Assembly (NCBI GenBank): GCA_964441305.1
Contig: CAYTXD010000001.1
Location: 1-24,875, forward strand
Source of the DNA: Candidatus Micrarchaeota archaeon
Lineage (GTDB): Archaea; Micrarchaeota; Micrarchaeia; Anstonellales; CAYTXD01
Length of the DNA: 24,875 nt
Direction: 5' to 3'
The first letter of the stretch is position 1; every line of letters begins with the position of its first letter. The position numbers were made by a program, and so were the translations under genes. The notes under the pieces are model-generated. The model saw only the letters and a list, made by a program, of their open reading frames with translations, ran no database searches and was not told the origin of the DNA. Below are positions 24,605 to 24,875 of this stretch, piece after piece.

Positions 24605-24780
24605 TCAACCACCTTCTCCACGCTGCTGATTTTGATTTTGCTCCTGACCAATCCATGATTCGAGCCAATCTGGGAAAGCGCCTTTTCCTTTGCCCTTTCC
24701 TCATTTTCTGCTATTATCTCCTTTACAAATTTCCTTGTCTCTCCTTTCAAATCCATTTCTCCTTCAACCCAATACTTCAT
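24601..24780 (-). CDS. rpl18a: 50S ribosomal protein L18Ae/LX (eL20)
   Basis: Y.VEG......RKFVKEI.AENE..AKEKALS.IGSNH.L.R.KIKI..V; SD AGGTGA before the ATG at 24780. Confidence 0.93.
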   Translation of the reverse strand: MKYWVEGEMDLKGETRKFVKEIIAENEERAKEKALSQIGSNHGLVRSKIKISSVEKVVE

Positions 24781-24784
24781 AACA

Positions 24785-24875
24785 TCACCTAATTTCAGAG
24801 CCCGCAGGAACCTCTTTTTCAGTGGTGAGCAGCACAGTTTTTCCTCCTTCCAGGTCAACTGCAAGAAGCATTCCC
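24785..24875 (-). CDS. C-terminal fragment of a tRNA-binding OB-fold (MetRS C-terminal / Trbp111 / CsaA type); 5'-truncated by the window edge
   Basis: The minus strand reads ...GMLLAVDLEGGKTVLLTTEKEVPAGSEIR* (stop at 24785-24787), matching the SEGMLLA...LL.P...V.PG..I end of that family. Absent from the ORF track. Confidence 0.75.
   Translation of the reverse strand, partial: GMLLAVDLEGGKTVLLTTEKEVPAGSEIR

Noticed and set aside
1-24875. tRNA/rRNA genes, including intron-split tRNAs suggested by endA
   Set aside because: No T-loop (GTTCRA) in a cloverleaf context was found, and the intergenic gaps are too short. Near matches (e.g. 11788, 24541) lie inside CDS.
1-24875. CRISPR array, IS element, integrase, intein
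   Set aside because: No periodic repeat-spacer pattern, no DDE/HUH/tyrosine-recombinase motifs, no terminal inverted repeats and no intein splice motifs were seen by eye.

Overview
Gene-dense, ~45-50% GC archaeal window with about 29 real CDS. I found no tRNA, rRNA, CRISPR array or mobile element. A three-unit epsilon2-type tRNA splicing endonuclease, tight convergent gene overlaps and TATA-box/leaderless promoters point to a DPANN archaeon, most likely Micrarchaeota (inference). Most genes are housekeeping: pyrG, iscS/iscU, rnhB, endA, nre, dph5, yjbQ, NAD kinase, pheT, ftsY, pfdA and rpl18a/LX. The unexplained part is concentrated at 14.4-17.3 kb: a 511-aa protein with no signal peptide and a C-terminal NlpC/P60 papain-like Cys-His-Asp domain, tail-to-tail with a JAB/MPN+ isopeptidase, followed by a helical-repeat protein and a PH-like protein. 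Other notable items: (1) a DUF1846 P-loop protein that looks like a circularly permuted relative of the CTP-synthase synthetase domain and sits directly upstream of pyrG; (2) a low-GC GNAT between iscS and iscU; (3) a STAS domain lacking the phospho-acceptor Ser in an organism without sigma factors; (4) a 1-bp frameshift that removes the conserved C-terminus of DUF63; (5) a tRNA-binding OB-fold C-terminus at the right edge that the ORF track missed. All family calls come from motif recognition by eye; no database search was run. Several start codons were moved from the ORF track on Shine-Dalgarno (SD) or TATA evidence.
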